Part shown: positions 47,819 through 62,690 of the stretch, piece after piece | Layout of the letters: each line of letters starts with the position of its first letter | How positions within the stretch are numbered: the first letter of the stretch is position 1 | NCBI GenBank assembly: GCA_951406725.2 | Contig: OX597814.1 | Coordinates: 98,084,001-98,148,000 of the forward strand | DNA length: 64,000 bases | Reading direction: 5' to 3' | Source of the DNA: Octopus vulgaris | Lineage: Eukaryota | Translations under genes and position numbers: made by a program | Notes under the pieces: generated by a model | The model's database searches: none | The model's input: only the letters and a program-made list of their open reading frames with translations | What the model was told of the DNA's origin: nothing

Positions 47819-48092
47819 AAATTTGGGTGCCTTTTATACCCAATGAGTCAATGTTTTGCACGTGCATCATACTTTTCATAAAGATGCGTTCGCGAGCATT
47901 ACCATGTTCACAAAAAGTGAGAGAGTTCGAACCCTACATGAAATCCTTGTATTTTCAAAAGAGAGTGGTATTGTGGGTCAGTGACATCTTCCTGATGCCA
48001 AGCTACATAGAAATGTGATAAAATCTATATAATCTCAATATCGTGTGTGAAAAAAATAATCTTTTACAGTGCGACGTTTCTTTTGAAGTTCA

Positions 48093-48125
<33 letters not shown>

Positions 48126-48126
<1 letters not shown>

Positions 48127-48407
48127 CTGAGATGTACTTGCATAGCAAGTGACCTGATCTGAGATCGTGTGCTGGAACGAAAACAACTGCAGGGTGGAAG
48201 GTGTTTATAATCCATTTAAGAAACACACAAAAACCGTTAGATTCAGTTCAACATTTAAATTTACTCTGCTAAAATATTTTCGTCGCTTTGAGACCCTGAC
48301 CTGTTCACTGACAAAATTCCGAGATGCAGCACGGAATTTTGTCAGTGAACAGGTCACGGTCTCAAAGCGACGAAAATATTATAAACACCTTCCACGCTGC
48401 AATTGTT
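48126..48407. repeat. Nested inverted-repeat element (49-bp near-perfect stem plus 30-bp outer stem) between (AT)n tracts
   Basis: 48272-48320 pairs with 48331-48380 (1 mismatch); 48182-48211 pairs with 48378-48407. Confidence 0.85.
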
Positions 48408-48490
48408 ATATATATATATGAATGTATGTATATATGTATGTATATATGTATGTATATATATATATGTATGTATGTATATATATGTATGTA

Positions 48491-48897
48491 TACTCTTTTA
48501 CTCTTTTACTTGTTTCAGTCATTTGACTGCGGCCATGCTGGAGCACCGCCTTTAATCGAGCAACTCGACCCCGGCACTTATTCTTTTTGTAAGCCCAGTA
48601 TTTATTCTATCGGTCTCTTTTGCCGAACCGCTAAGTAACGGGGACATAAACACACCAGCATCGGTTGTCAAGCAATGCTAGGGGGACAAACACAGACAAA
48701 CACACATACATATATACACATATATACATATATACGACAGGCTTCTTTCAGTTTCCGTCTACCAAATCCACTCACAAGGCATTGGTCGGCCCGGGGCTAT
48801 AGCAGAAGACACTTGCCCAAGATGCCACGCAGTGGGACTGAACCCGGAGCCATGTGGTTGGTTAGCAAGCTACTTACCACACAGCCACTCCTGCGCC
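48491..48897 (-). mobile_element. SINE family A, full-length
   Basis: Reverse complement of 24452-24838. Confidence 0.9.
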
Positions 48898-48923
48898 ATG
48901 TATATATATATATAACAAATTCG

Positions 48924-49019
<96 letters not shown>

Positions 49020-49057
49020 TGTATATATATATAAATATATATATATGTATGTATATA

Positions 49058-49106
<49 letters not shown>

Positions 49107-49146
49107 ATATATATGTATGTATGTATATATACATATAACAAATTCT

Positions 49147-49189
<43 letters not shown>

Positions 49190-49528
49190 ATAAAATTAAC
49201 GAAAACAAAAGAGGGTTGAGAAGGTTTATTGGGCATAGATCACTGTAAGTCAAGCTGAAAACAATATTTCACACACACACACGCACACACAAACGCACAC
49301 AGACACAATCACATGCGTACACACGATCTCACACGCACCTACACACACGCGCACGCGAACGTGCACCCCCTACACACATCAAAATAGCTTTCTATTATCT
49401 TACTTAACGTGGTGGAAACCCATCAAATTTCTTCTAGCTTCCTCGGGTTTTTCAACTTTTCACCAGATTATCTTCAAAACATGCGTTTATGAAGTAGTTT
49501 TGCATTCAATTTTTTCTAGAAGTTAATA

Positions 49529-49927
49529 AGGAGTAGCTGTGTGGTAAGTAGCTTGCTTACGAACCACTTGGTTCCGGGTTCAAGTCCCACTGCGTGGAAC
49601 CTTGGGCAAGTGTCTTGTACTATAGCCTCGAGCCAACCAAAGCCTTGTGAGTGGATTTGGTAGACGGAAACTGAAAGCGGCCCGTCGTATATATTTATGT
49701 GTGTGTATATGTTTGTGTGTCTGTGTTTGCCCCTCCCCCTCAACATTGCTTGACAACCGATGCTGATGTGTTTATGTCCCCATAACTTAGCGGTTCGGCA
49801 AAAGAGACCGATAGAATAAGTACTTGGCTTACAAATAATAAGTCCTGGGGTCGATTTGCTCGACCAGAGGTGGTGCTCCAGCATGGCCACAGTCATATGA
49901 CTGAAACAAATAAAAGAGTAGAGAGTA
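49529..49927 (+). mobile_element. SINE family A copy
   Basis: Matches 24452-24838. Confidence 0.9.
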
Positions 49928-50354
49928 ATAAAAAAAAAGTTACAAGCATTTAAAATTTCGTAATGTTAGCCAATCGGTAGTCTTCACTATTAGCTGTACC
50001 GGACGTCATGACTGTTTGTCCCCACGTGACATGTACGCACAAAAGCTTTATGTATTCTATCGACCTGCAAGAAATAGCAGTCAAATCTTCCTTACACCAT
50101 AATATCTAAAAGATACAAGCAAAAACGAAAAAGGGCGACACACTGTACCACGGCACCTTTAAATTCTCCGCATATGGCAGGCCCACTTGTCGAGTGTTAC
50201 TTATAACATTTAAATTACAATCATTCTTCACGGATGTAACCTTTTATCGATATCACGGCCCTTAAAATACTCTGCTTCACCGATCGCTATCAAATGTACT
50301 TTCTCTTATGGTAAAATTGTTTTAGAAGGTTTGATGATGGAGAAAGAGTTCCTG

Positions 50355-50577
50355 TTTCTTTATTACCCACAAGGGGCTAAACACAGAAGGGACAAACAAG
50401 GACAGACAAACGGATTAAGTCGATTACATCGACCCAGTGCGCAACTGGTACTTATTTAATCGACCCCGAAAGGATGAAAGGCAAAGTCGACCTCGGCGAA
50501 ATTTGAACTCAGAACGTAGCTGCAGACGAAATACCTCTAAGCATTTCGACAAACGTGCTAACGATTCTGCCAGCTCA
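50355..50577 (-). mobile_element. SINE family B copy
   Basis: Reverse complement of the 39937-type unit. Confidence 0.85.
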
Positions 50578-52865
50578 AGAGTACCATCAATAACATCGCC
50601 ATCATCGCCGTCGATACTACAATTCAAACAATACAACATTGGCAACCAATTCTTTCTTCACCATCAGTACCACCTTTCTCTATTAAATTTTGTTCACAGT
50701 TTTAACATAAGAAAAGAGAAAACACCTTTAGTAATCGGTCTGTATTGCCCAGTGTTTTAAAGGTCGTGATTTCAACAAAAAATGGAGATTGGGTATAATT
50801 TAAATGTTATCCGTAACACTCAACAGGCGAGGCTGTCACAAGTGAGGAAATAAACGATGCTGCGGCACAATGTGTGTTTTTTTTTTGTTGTCTTAAGTTG
50901 TCATGGTGTAGTTTAAGAAAAATGTGGCTGCTATTTTTAGCAGATCGAGAATTTACATAAAGGTCTTGTGTATGCTGTTCCCATAGGGACATACAGTCAC
51001 GACGTCCATTATATCTAGCAATGAAGGCTGCCGATTTGCTAAAATCACATAATTTTAAATGCCTGTAAATTTTTCTACTATTAATTTCTAGCGATAAATA
51101 AATAAATAAATGCAATTTCCGTCATCAGCATACAAATCTGTATCATAACTACATTAAAAAAATATTTTGGTGAAAATTTGAAAAAGTGGTGGGAAGAAGT
51201 TTAACATGATCTAACGTGGATATAAAGTAGAAAGCCACACGACTGCAGTATTTGCCTCGAGAAAGCTTCTCATGCAGCCGTATAGCGACAGGAGAATTGA
51301 CAATTGATAAGTCCCTTAACCCCCCCCCCCTGTGGGTCGTTGGGGTGGGGAGCTGCAGCCTTGCAGCATAGCTTGGGCGAGAAAGCCTGGTGGAGCCCAT
51401 CTCTCTCCAGGCTAAACTCATTTTTACAGCTGAGTGGACTGGAGCAACGTGAAATGAAATGTTTTGCTGAAGAACACAACGGATCGCCCGGTCCAGGGAT
51501 CAAAGCGACAATCTTAAGGTCGTGAATCCAACACCTTAACCACTAAGCTGTTGTTGTTATATATATATAATGTATTGAGTATTAAAGGAAGTAGTGAGTA
51601 CTTAGTATGAAAGATTAAGAAAATGAGAGAGACTGAAAAAACGTGTTAACGATACGAGATACTTTATTAGACTGCCGTTGTTGTACAAGGTACTTGTTGT
51701 GGCGGGAAACTTACTGAATGTACTTGTATCAAGGGAGACAATGGGCAACGTTGATTGTTCATGTTTGTTGTGATGATTACATAACAAGCGACGCGTCTCC
51801 ACTAGTGGTAGTCATTTCTATACTGGACTGGATCAACGTGAAGTGAAGTGTTTTGCTCAAGAACACAACGCATCATCTGGTCCAGGGATCGAACCACAAT
51901 CTTACAATTGTGTGTCCAACACCCTAACCACTAAGCCACGCGCCTCCACGCGCAAACGAAAATCTGCTATTGATATTCTCTTGTGCTTTTTTGCATTATA
52001 CGTCTATACGTAATGTTTTCTCGAGAGGCATTCTGCAGTTTTGTAGCTTTATACGGTACATCCACATTAAATTACGACTAAATTACGACGACGAGGGTTC
52101 GATCTATTCCTGCAATTAACGTGTAAGTGGCTGAGCACTCCACAGATACGCGTATCCTTAACATAGCTCCCAGGGAGATCCAGCGTGACACAGAATGCAG
52201 CAAGGATTACAAGTACAACTTATTCTTGCCAGCTGAATGGACTTGAGCAACACAGGGAATCGAACTCACGACCTTACGACCGTGAGCCGATTACCCTGAC
52301 CACTAAACCTTTTACCCACATTTTTTAATAAGATATACAGAATGAAGTTTTGAACGAATGCTGCTTTCGTCACTAATAACGAATTTTTTTTCTTTTTTTT
52401 ACTCAGCCTGCTGGCTATTTGCGATATCAGGGATGTGTTAACACTATTTTTCTATATCAGTGGAGACTAAATTTATCTAAACATGTAGTTTGTAGTGGAT
52501 ACTTGCTAGTGATGGCGCGCAAATACTCAGAAGTCTAGATAGCTATTCCACCGTCGTTGCTGGTCGATTTTCAAATTGTTACTGAGATACTCGTGGGATT
52601 TTTTAGCACTTACGTCTATATGAGATGCTTTCGCAAGACAAATACGACAGTTGAGTGGCTTTTTACAGTATATCGACGTTAAGATATAGTGAATGCTATT
52701 TTGAAGTAATTTTGCTTTAGTCACTAATTACGAACACATACGTGCGTGCGTGAGTGCACACTCACACACACATATGTGCGCGCACACACACGGACACTTA
52801 GACACATAAACACAGACACGCACACACACTGAAACACACAAAGACACACACATAGACACACACAC

Positions 52866-52933
<68 letters not shown>

Positions 52934-53397
52934 GCACATACGTTTGTGTATGCATAAGTATGTATGCGTATGCATTGGGTTTGTGTAAATATATAAGCAT
53001 ATATACATGTATGCACACATTCACATACATACACACACGCACACACACATACGCACACACACATACGCACACAAAACGCAGTGCCTGGCAAACGAATAGG
53101 CGATATCAAAGTTGACTTCTGGTACTTGCGAAAAGTAAAACTAGATCGTGCAGTGAGATGCATTGCAGTGAACCGTGAGTGCGACAACTTGCTTACACCA
53201 ACCTGTGAGCCTGCTTCGGCAGTGCATTTTCTATTTTTGTTTTGATATCTGATATTTAGATTTCACCGCAGGATAATTTTTCGTAATCCACCCCATGCCT
53301 TTTCATTTCACTTTTTTTTTTCACTATTACTTGTTGATAGTATTTTACGCTTCAATATTTCATATTCACACTATGTCAGATATTATCATTGTGACCA

Positions 53398-53618
53398 CTC
53401 AATTTTGGAGGCGCCAAAAACAAAAACAAAAAAAAGCTAGCGAATGTATACTAAGACAGAAGCAAACAGGACATTATATAATACAATAGACAAAGAATTA
53501 TGCATATGTATAATTCTTTGTTGTATTTATATAATGTCCTGTTTCTTTCTGTCATAGTATACACTCGCTAGCTTTTTCCCAGTAGCTTAATAACAACACT
53601 GGTCCCTCCAAAATTGAG
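53398..53618. mobile_element. Fold-back MITE-like palindrome
   Basis: CTCAATTTTGGAGG/CCTCCAAAATTGAG ends, internal AAAGCTAGCGA/TCGCTAGCTTT and AAACAGGACATTATATAA/TTATATAATGTCCTGTTT pairs, centred at ~53503. Confidence 0.85.
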
Positions 53619-54139
53619 AGGTCTCAACGGTAATGGCGCGAAACCACTGTGATATTTTGAGTCATTGATTGACGTGGAAAACTCAGTTGCGAATATTCCA
53701 TGAAATGTCTCTTTGTCTAAATTTCCCGTCCGTTAAGTTTTTGTCTAGTTTCCCTTTTGCTCTGCTTTCGTCTAACTTTTTCTCCTTGTATTATTTTTAT
53801 TCAACCATTGATACATCCATATAGCGCAATGCACACCCCGTTTGCTTACTTTATTGTAAAAAATATTCCTTGAATATTTATTGTGCGACTCATAACTCAT
53901 TCTACTCTTACTCTATCACTTTCCACCGTTACTTTTACTCTATCTCTTTCTTCATTCTTACTCTATCTTTCTCAATCGCTTATATATGTATGTATATACG
54001 TAAGTGTATGTGTGTGTCTTTGTTTCTGCGTTTCGCCCTCATCACTGCTTCACAACTGCTGTTCATTTATTTACGCCCCCATAACTTACTGGTTTCACAA
54101 GAACAAACTAATAGAAGAAGTATAATGCAATATCTTTGG

Positions 54140-55588
54140 TTTGAATTTCAGATGGCTTAAAGGGGGCAGAACCCCCATGAAAATTCATAAATTTTCGATA
54201 TTGATGGAATTTCAACCATGGGTAATTGACACACATCAACAAGTATTCTCAAAGTTTCCACTTCACATGACGATTCTAAGACACCCTAATGGGGGCCTTA
54301 ACTCCCAAATTTTAGTGATTTCTTTTATGATCCAAAACTAGGTCAAAAGTACTGAATGGATCTTTACAAAATTTGGAAATTATATTCTATGCATAACGGC
54401 CACAACCCCCATGACAATTCATATATTTTTGCTGATGATGAAATTTTAACGATAGATATTAGACACAAATGAAGTAATATTTATAAAATTTCATCTTCTT
54501 ACAAGTTAGAAAGACCCCTTCATGGGGACTTAACACCCACAATTTAGTCATTTTATCTAAGCAAAGACGAATACAGTTGTACTCTTGAAAGCTGTAGGTT
54601 CACTCGAGCATAAAAGATGAGCATTATTTGTAATTCAATGGTACAACAATGTAAGAGTTTGCTTTGACATACAGTTAGGTTGTGATTTCTGCAATGTGCT
54701 GCATAAATTGTCAAGTAAATGAGAGGCATCTTTGCCTCCACTGATTCAGTTGCAAAGTGTTGAGTAAAGTTATTTGATTGCAGAACTTCTTTCAGTCTTT
54801 TTATTATTACTGGGTCACACATAGTCCCCAGATGGTAACATTGGTTTCAAGACCTTCCTAGATGAGTGACAGCTTATTCAAAGACATTTATAGATTGTAA
54901 ATTTATTCTGTTGAGTTACGTATCAGTATAGAGGTCATTTGCAAACTCCAGAGGTGACACTTTCATTTCTCCTTAGCCCTCACGTCACACAGTTGTTAAT
55001 GTTTATTTCAGTTGGGTCACGCCCTTCCAATTGTTATAGATTCGTAATGCATCTTATGGCTGTGTCTGTCACCTGGATGGTGAGGAATCCTACATTGGGA
55101 GTGGTAACGACTAGGGTATGGTAGCTGACTGCTTATTGTGATCATTCCTCTTTTGGTTTCCTGTACCTTTCCTCTCGTTTACAAACCCAGTGAACATATA
55201 TTTCCTATTTCAAAGAAATTAAAACAATAGATATAAAACCCAAGTTAATAAGATTCTCAACAATTCAACTTCTCTGGTTGACATTAAAACACCCACCCCC
55301 AATAACTCTCACATTTTAGAGCTCCATGACCTTCACTTTTGTGGAGCAAAATCCTTTTAACAGGTTCTATAAGACTGGAATTTTGGAATATGCTCATAAA
55401 AATCAGTAGTATGGGATACATGTGGCACGATAACAATTTTTTTAGGGTGTGTAAAGAGGGAAATAACCCTCATCTGCAATTTTGATGAAATTCGAAACAT
55501 AGGTATTCCAGTTCATTACAGAAAATATAACAGAAAAGTCTAATTCTTCAATTGCATGTGACACAGGCAACGCCGGGTATCTCTGCTA

Positions 55589-55589
<1 letters not shown>
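54140..55589 (+). mobile_element. Helitron-derived element with internal subrepeats and insertions
   Basis: 3' end GGCAACGCCGGGTATCTCTGCTAG|T resembles the 26529 Helitron end. A degenerate ~230-bp internal duplication starts at ~54170 and ~54405. The 5' boundary is uncertain. Confidence 0.6.
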
Positions 55590-55672
<83 letters not shown>

Positions 55673-55911
55673 ATTGTGAGATAAATCATAAGTGACATAT
55701 TTATTTTCTTATTTACTTCAACGCCTGAGTGATTCTTTCGAATTTCCATTACACGCTTCAATGATTTTCCTCGCAAACCACAACTTGCAAACATACTCTT
55801 TCTTTTCTTCACCCTTTGCATTTCTACACAACTTGGTTTTCGGCAACCCACGTCACACTTAGTTATAATTCACATTATACCACCTATCAAAGGAATATGC
55901 TGCCATTTTGG

Positions 55912-55954
<43 letters not shown>

Positions 55955-56171
55955 TTTGTTCTTTTACTTGTTTCAGTCATTTGACTGCGGCCATGCTTAA
56001 AGGGTTTTATTCGAACAAATCGACTCCAGGACTTATTCTTTGTAAGCCTAGTACTTATTCTATCGGTTTCTTTTCCCCAACCGCTAAGTTACGAGAACAT
56101 AAACACAATTATCTGTTGTCAAGTCATGGCGTGGAAACAAACACAGGCTCACACACTTAAATACATACATA

Positions 56172-56227
<56 letters not shown>

Positions 56228-56994
56228 GTAAAGGCTATTTGCCAACATAATATGCCTGTCCTGGAAGGGACGATTGTTATTATATGTTCACTGGGTTTGT
56301 AAACGAGAGGAAAGCTGCAGGAAACCAAAAGAGAAATGATCACAATAAGCAGTCAGCTACCATACCCTAGTCGTTACCACTCCCAATGTAGCTCCAGGAA
56401 ACATCGTTTCCAGCCGGCTATACGACATAATATCTGTCCTTATATTTTCGAACAGGGAGTTCAATTCTCTCATCCAGCACAAAACAACATCCGTGGGCCG
56501 GTTTGTGGGTTATTGCGCTTTGTCTGCGCAGAGTAGCTGCTTGGCTAGGTGGCGTTGCTGAATTCACCGTTCGAAAATATATAGTTTTCAAGGCGACACA
56601 CATAGTCACTGATCTAATAAATAGAAACATCAATTTTTTGTAAATCACTCAAAGAGAGATTTTCAATAACAGTTCTTTCAAGTAAAGGCTATTTGCCAAA
56701 ATAATGTGCCTGTCCTGGAAGGGACGATTGTTACTGATGTTTAGCCGCAGGAAACTTCGTATCCAGCTGGCTATACGACACAATATTTGCTTCCTTATAT
56801 TTTCGAACTGGGAGTTCAGCACTCCCATCCAGATATGGTGTCGTATAGCCAGCTGGAAGTGATATTTCCTGGGGCTAAACAACAATAGCAATCATCTCTT
56901 CTCGGACAACCACATTATGTTGGCAAATAGCCTTCACTATAAAACTGTTATTGAATATGTCTCTTTGAGAGATTTAAAAATAACAATGGTTCTG

Positions 56995-57177
<183 letters not shown>

Positions 57178-58245
57178 ATTCGACGGGTTTCTTTCAGTTT
57201 GCACCTACCAAATCCACTCACAAGGCTTTGGTCGGCCTGAGGCTATAGAAGAAGACACTTGCCCAAGGTACCACGCAGTGGGACTGAACTCGGAACCATG
57301 TGGTTGTGAAGTAAGCTTCTCTCTTCTGCGCATATAAATCAATTTTTGTACAGATGCATGCATGCATAACCTAGCACACAAAACCGCTCAGCCGCACATG
57401 TATAACAAATCGAACCGTTTGCGAACTCTAAAATGAAATAGAGCAAAATTGCAATCATATGCAAAAAAGTTTGTTTTGTAGCAAGAAAACTTCAAGCAAC
57501 AGAAATTGTGAACAGAACATGACACATCTAATTACTCCTTTACCTACAGGCCTTACTGAGCCTTAAATATAGCAGATCTCTATCAAACCAGAATAATTGT
57601 TTCCACCATCTATTTCTGTCAACCCATGCACTTAACTTATAATTCAATTTTAATTAATTTATGTTAATTATGTATCTTAATTATGTAATTATCAAATTAA
57701 TGAAGTCTATTCCTAATGAAACAGCCGATGAAAGTAACTAAATGAGGAACTATCTGGTGAAATGTGCGCGTTTCCGCTTTGTTATTCTAAATATGCGTTG
57801 TCCTTAAGGATCGTTTTAATTGATTATGCACGTATATGCAAGCTTTTTCCACCTTGATTTACAGCAATGTTATAATGTGTTGGAGTTTAACGGCCATCTG
57901 TTAACTGGGCGCGTAATTATCATGGATATATATTTTTTTTGTTTTACACACATCTCTTTTTTATGTATATACACACACTTTGCCCCATTTGTCTTCTTCC
58001 GTCCTTCCTTCCTTCCTTCCTTCCTTCCTTCCTTCCATCCTAATTTTCCAATTCTCCTATCTCCCTGTAGCACACCGAATTATCATTTACACCAACCCCA
58101 TTTACCAAAGGCAGACTTAAAAACTATATAAGATAGTAAGCTGAAACTTCGAAGTCACTGTGAGCCTTTTTCTTATAAAAAATTAATAATTGATATATAT
58201 ATATAACATCATAATCATGATTTAATGGCCATTTCCCATGCTAGC

Positions 58246-58294
<49 letters not shown>

Positions 58295-58768
58295 TTTTAC
58301 TTGTCATGATTGCGGCCATACTGGAGCACCACCTTTAGTCGAACAACTTATTCTTTACAAGCCTAGTACTTATTCTATTGGTCTAGTTTGCGAACACCTA
58401 AGTTACGGGGACGTAGACACACCAGCAGCGGTTGCCAAGCGATGGCGGGGTTGGGGACAAGCACAGACACACAAACACACACACACACACAAACACACAC
58501 TCACACATACACACACACGACGGGCTTCTTTCAGTTTCAGTCTACCAAATCCACTCACAAGACTTTGGTCGGCCTGAGACTATAGTAGAAGACAATTATG
58601 ATTTTTTAATGATATTTTAAAAAGAAAAGTTGGTTATTCTGATATCAAGAAAAAAGTCTCTTATGGGAGACTTTAATCTGTCCAATGTCGGAAGGCCTGA
58701 GGGCCTTTCTCTCCCAGGAATGGCGCATTGCGAACGAGGATAGTTGTGCGTGCGCGCGCGCGCGCGCG

Positions 58769-58833
<65 letters not shown>

Positions 58834-59144
58834 TAATGTGTAATATACAAATAAATATATATAATAATATAAAATATATATACAATTGCATCTATACATA
58901 CGTATATGTACATACTTACATCTATATGTGTATATATATATATAGGCATATGCGGGCACAGGACGTCATGAAACGTGTACAAAAAAGTACGAGTACATAG
59001 AATATGAACTATTTTTTCGAACAACGAAAGACACAAATGGAAAACGAGAGAAACAACACTAAGAACGACACTTAATCAGTTGTTGGCTGTTTTTCTACTC
59101 TCGTATTTCAAGCATTATATATATAAACACACACATAAACCTAG

Positions 59145-59191
<47 letters not shown>

Positions 59192-59199
59192 CATATTAT

Positions 59200-59769
<570 letters not shown>

Positions 59770-60129
59770 TATTATTATATACATAATTATGACAAGGGCT
59801 TGGGTTGTACCTCACCACCACTGAAAAATAGACGTCAAAAGACACTATTACCACCATAAATTCTCCGAGAAAAATATACTTCCCTGTATCTAATAACCTT
59901 TAAAAATGTTTATATAAAGTAACTAAAGTATTTTATACAATGAACACATATAGCTATCCTGTTCTCGATCTGATAAGATATCGTATCTTATATCATACAT
60001 ATATGTACTTGCAAAATGTCAGGATAAAAATACGGCAGCATAAATGTTATTGTGATCATTGTTGCATTCACAGGCCGCCGACCGACTACAACTTATTGAC
60101 AGAGACCTACTAAAACGATGTCCGTTCTA

Positions 60130-60343
60130 CGAGAGGATGCTGAAAAGTCCCTGGTTTTAAGGGTGTCGCGAAAGACCTAGTTGGAAGCCCAACCTTCCGA
60201 GTTCTTTTACAGGACTTAGAAAAAGAGAAGGATCGCTGCAATAAGTGTGTGAATATGAGAGGGGAGTATGTTGAATAAAATCATTAACTGATCTACCTGT
60301 ACTTTCTGTGACGCAGAACCAGGAACTTTTCAGAACCTCCTCA
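60130..60343 (+). mobile_element. Mariner-derived MITE
   Basis: TA|CGAGAGGATGCTGAAAAGTCCCTGG .. CCAGGAACTTTTCAGAACCTCCTCA|TA. It retains the mariner C-terminus KCVNMRGEYVE*. Confidence 0.85.
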
Positions 60344-60625
60344 TAAAAGATGCTAACATATTAACAAACACGACATATGCAAACAGTAAATAGATTTGGG
60401 ACAACAAGAATGCTCACATTTATGAGTATGAATCTTGTATAAAGATCATATACCCAAAATAACATTCAAAATAAGAAATATGCCCATGTACAAAGGCGTA
60501 AAACCGTCACAAATGCGTTATGAAAGCAGACACGAACATATATAGAAATATATATGTCTTAGGCTGAAAAAAGCATTCGAGAACAGACACACCCATACAT
60601 GCAATAACGGTCGAACATACATACA

Positions 60626-60659
<34 letters not shown>

Positions 60660-61499
60660 CATACAAAGAAAATAAAAGAAATAATATATACAAATATATA
60701 TATAGCCTTTTGTGAACGCACATATATACATATAATTGTAGAGTAGAGTTATGCACTAGGCGACCACAACCATAAGGGAAAACTGATTTTTGTAAAATCG
60801 TAAAAAGGTTGTGTTTTTGGCAATAGGGTAAAGGTCAAGCGTAGAGGTAAGGGTTAAGTCCTACAGCATGCATATATATATATGCATGTATATATACATG
60901 TAGATGTAAGTATGTACATATATATACAAGATGGCGCTGAACTAACAACAAGTGTGTTAACGTGTCTCTCCTAAATATTAAAGAAGTCCCTCCAGAGATC
61001 GATGTTATCAGAAGCGAAATTGTCTGCAAAGCGAATATAAGTGAAAGTACAAGTCACTGTATTTGAGAAGAATATTTTCGCTTTTGATATAGTATTTTGC
61101 AACTAGAACATACTCGCGAATACACGTGTTAAAACGCACGTGTGTTACTTTCCCGAAATCGAAGTGAATTTTATTCTTCGTCTGTGAATCAACAAGACAC
61201 AGGATATTTTCGTTTTTGATGTATATCTGCGTGTTATGAAAAAAGCCTCTGAAAAATTTGCTGCTTAATACCAAATCGCTTAGGAAAATACAGAAAGTAT
61301 TCCTCAAACTGTTGCATGTGCTAAATCGAAACTCAAATCCCTTTTGTTTACAAAATAAGGAATATAAAAGGACTGTCTTGTCTATCTATCTTCCTTTCTC
61401 ATAAAAAGGAATCGCGTAAGTATTCTCTCAGCCGGTAAGGTAAGGAAGATATTTATTTTGTTATCATTAGTGTTCTTTCAAACAGAAAATAATAATATA

Positions 61500-61761
61500 T
61501 CTATGTGTATGTATATGTGTGTGTTAAAAGTATAGTCGCAATTAGTTTTTATTTTAGAAGACATTGTCTGTAGCGACGGACAAATATATATTTTCTTTTC
61601 TCTTTTTCTCTGCTTAAATTCTGTAAAATCTCTATGTGTATGTATATGTGTGTGTTAAAAGTATAGTCGCAATTAGTTTTTATTTTAGAAGACATTGTCT
61701 GTAGCGACGGACAAATACATATTTTCTTTTCTCTTTTTCTCTGCCTAAATTCTGTAAAATC
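61500..61761. repeat. Tandem duplication, 2 x 131 bp
   Basis: Near-identical units start at 61500 and 61631. Confidence 0.9.
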
Positions 61762-61988
61762 TCTTGGATTGTTTTCTTTCAGCTATTTCATTATTATTAT
61801 TATTGTTTCTTTATATACTCACTTGGTACTACTGTTTATATATGTGCATGTGCACACATGTGTATATGTGTGTATATGTATGTATGTATACGCATGTATG
61901 TGTGTGTACAAATAGCTTCGCTTAGAATTCTCCCCTCTCTCTCTCTCTCTGTCTGTCTCTTCAGTTCTCTCCCTCACGCTTCTCCTTG

Positions 61989-62572
61989 TCTCTTCATAAC
62001 TCTCATTCTATCTTACTCCCCTCTTTCAAATATATAAATTCTCTCTATATTTCTTCCTTCTCTCCCTATCTCTTCAGTTTCTCTCCCGCTTCTCCTTGTC
62101 TCTCCATTACTCTCTTCTATCTCTTCAGTTTCTCTCCCGCTTCTCCTTGTCTCTCCATTACTCTCTTCTAACTTACTCTCCTCTCTCGGATACATATAAG
62201 GACATAGACGCTTTCTCTCTCTTCCTTCAGCTCTCAGTCTCTCCTCTTCCTCTTCTCTCTTACTCTCGGCTCCCAATTTCTCTTCATAACTCTCATTCTA
62301 TCTTACTCCCCTCTTTCAAATATATAAATTCTCTCTATATTTCTTCCTTCTCTCCCTATCTCTTCAGTTTCTCTCCCGCTTCTCATTGTCTCTCCATTAC
62401 TCTCTTCTATCTCTTCAGTTTCTCTCCCGCTTCTCCTTGTCTCTCCATTACTCTCTTCTAACTTACTCTCCTCTCTCGGATACATATAAGGACATAGACG
62501 CTTTCTCTCTCTTCCTTCAGCTCTCAGTCTCTCCTCTTCCTCTTCTCTCTTACTCTCGGCTCCCAATTTCTC
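61989..62572. repeat. CT-rich tandem duplication, 2 x 290 bp with internal ~44-bp repeats
   Basis: Track ORFs 62013-62276 and 62303-62566 are near-identical, offset by 290 bp. Confidence 0.92.
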
Positions 62573-62690
62573 CTTAAGTACATAGACGCTCCCTTTCTCT
62601 ACTTCCTCCCTACCCCCTATTGCACTATTAGACTAATATAAATTAATATAATATAATTAGATAGACAGATAGATAGATAAAATATCAAGA

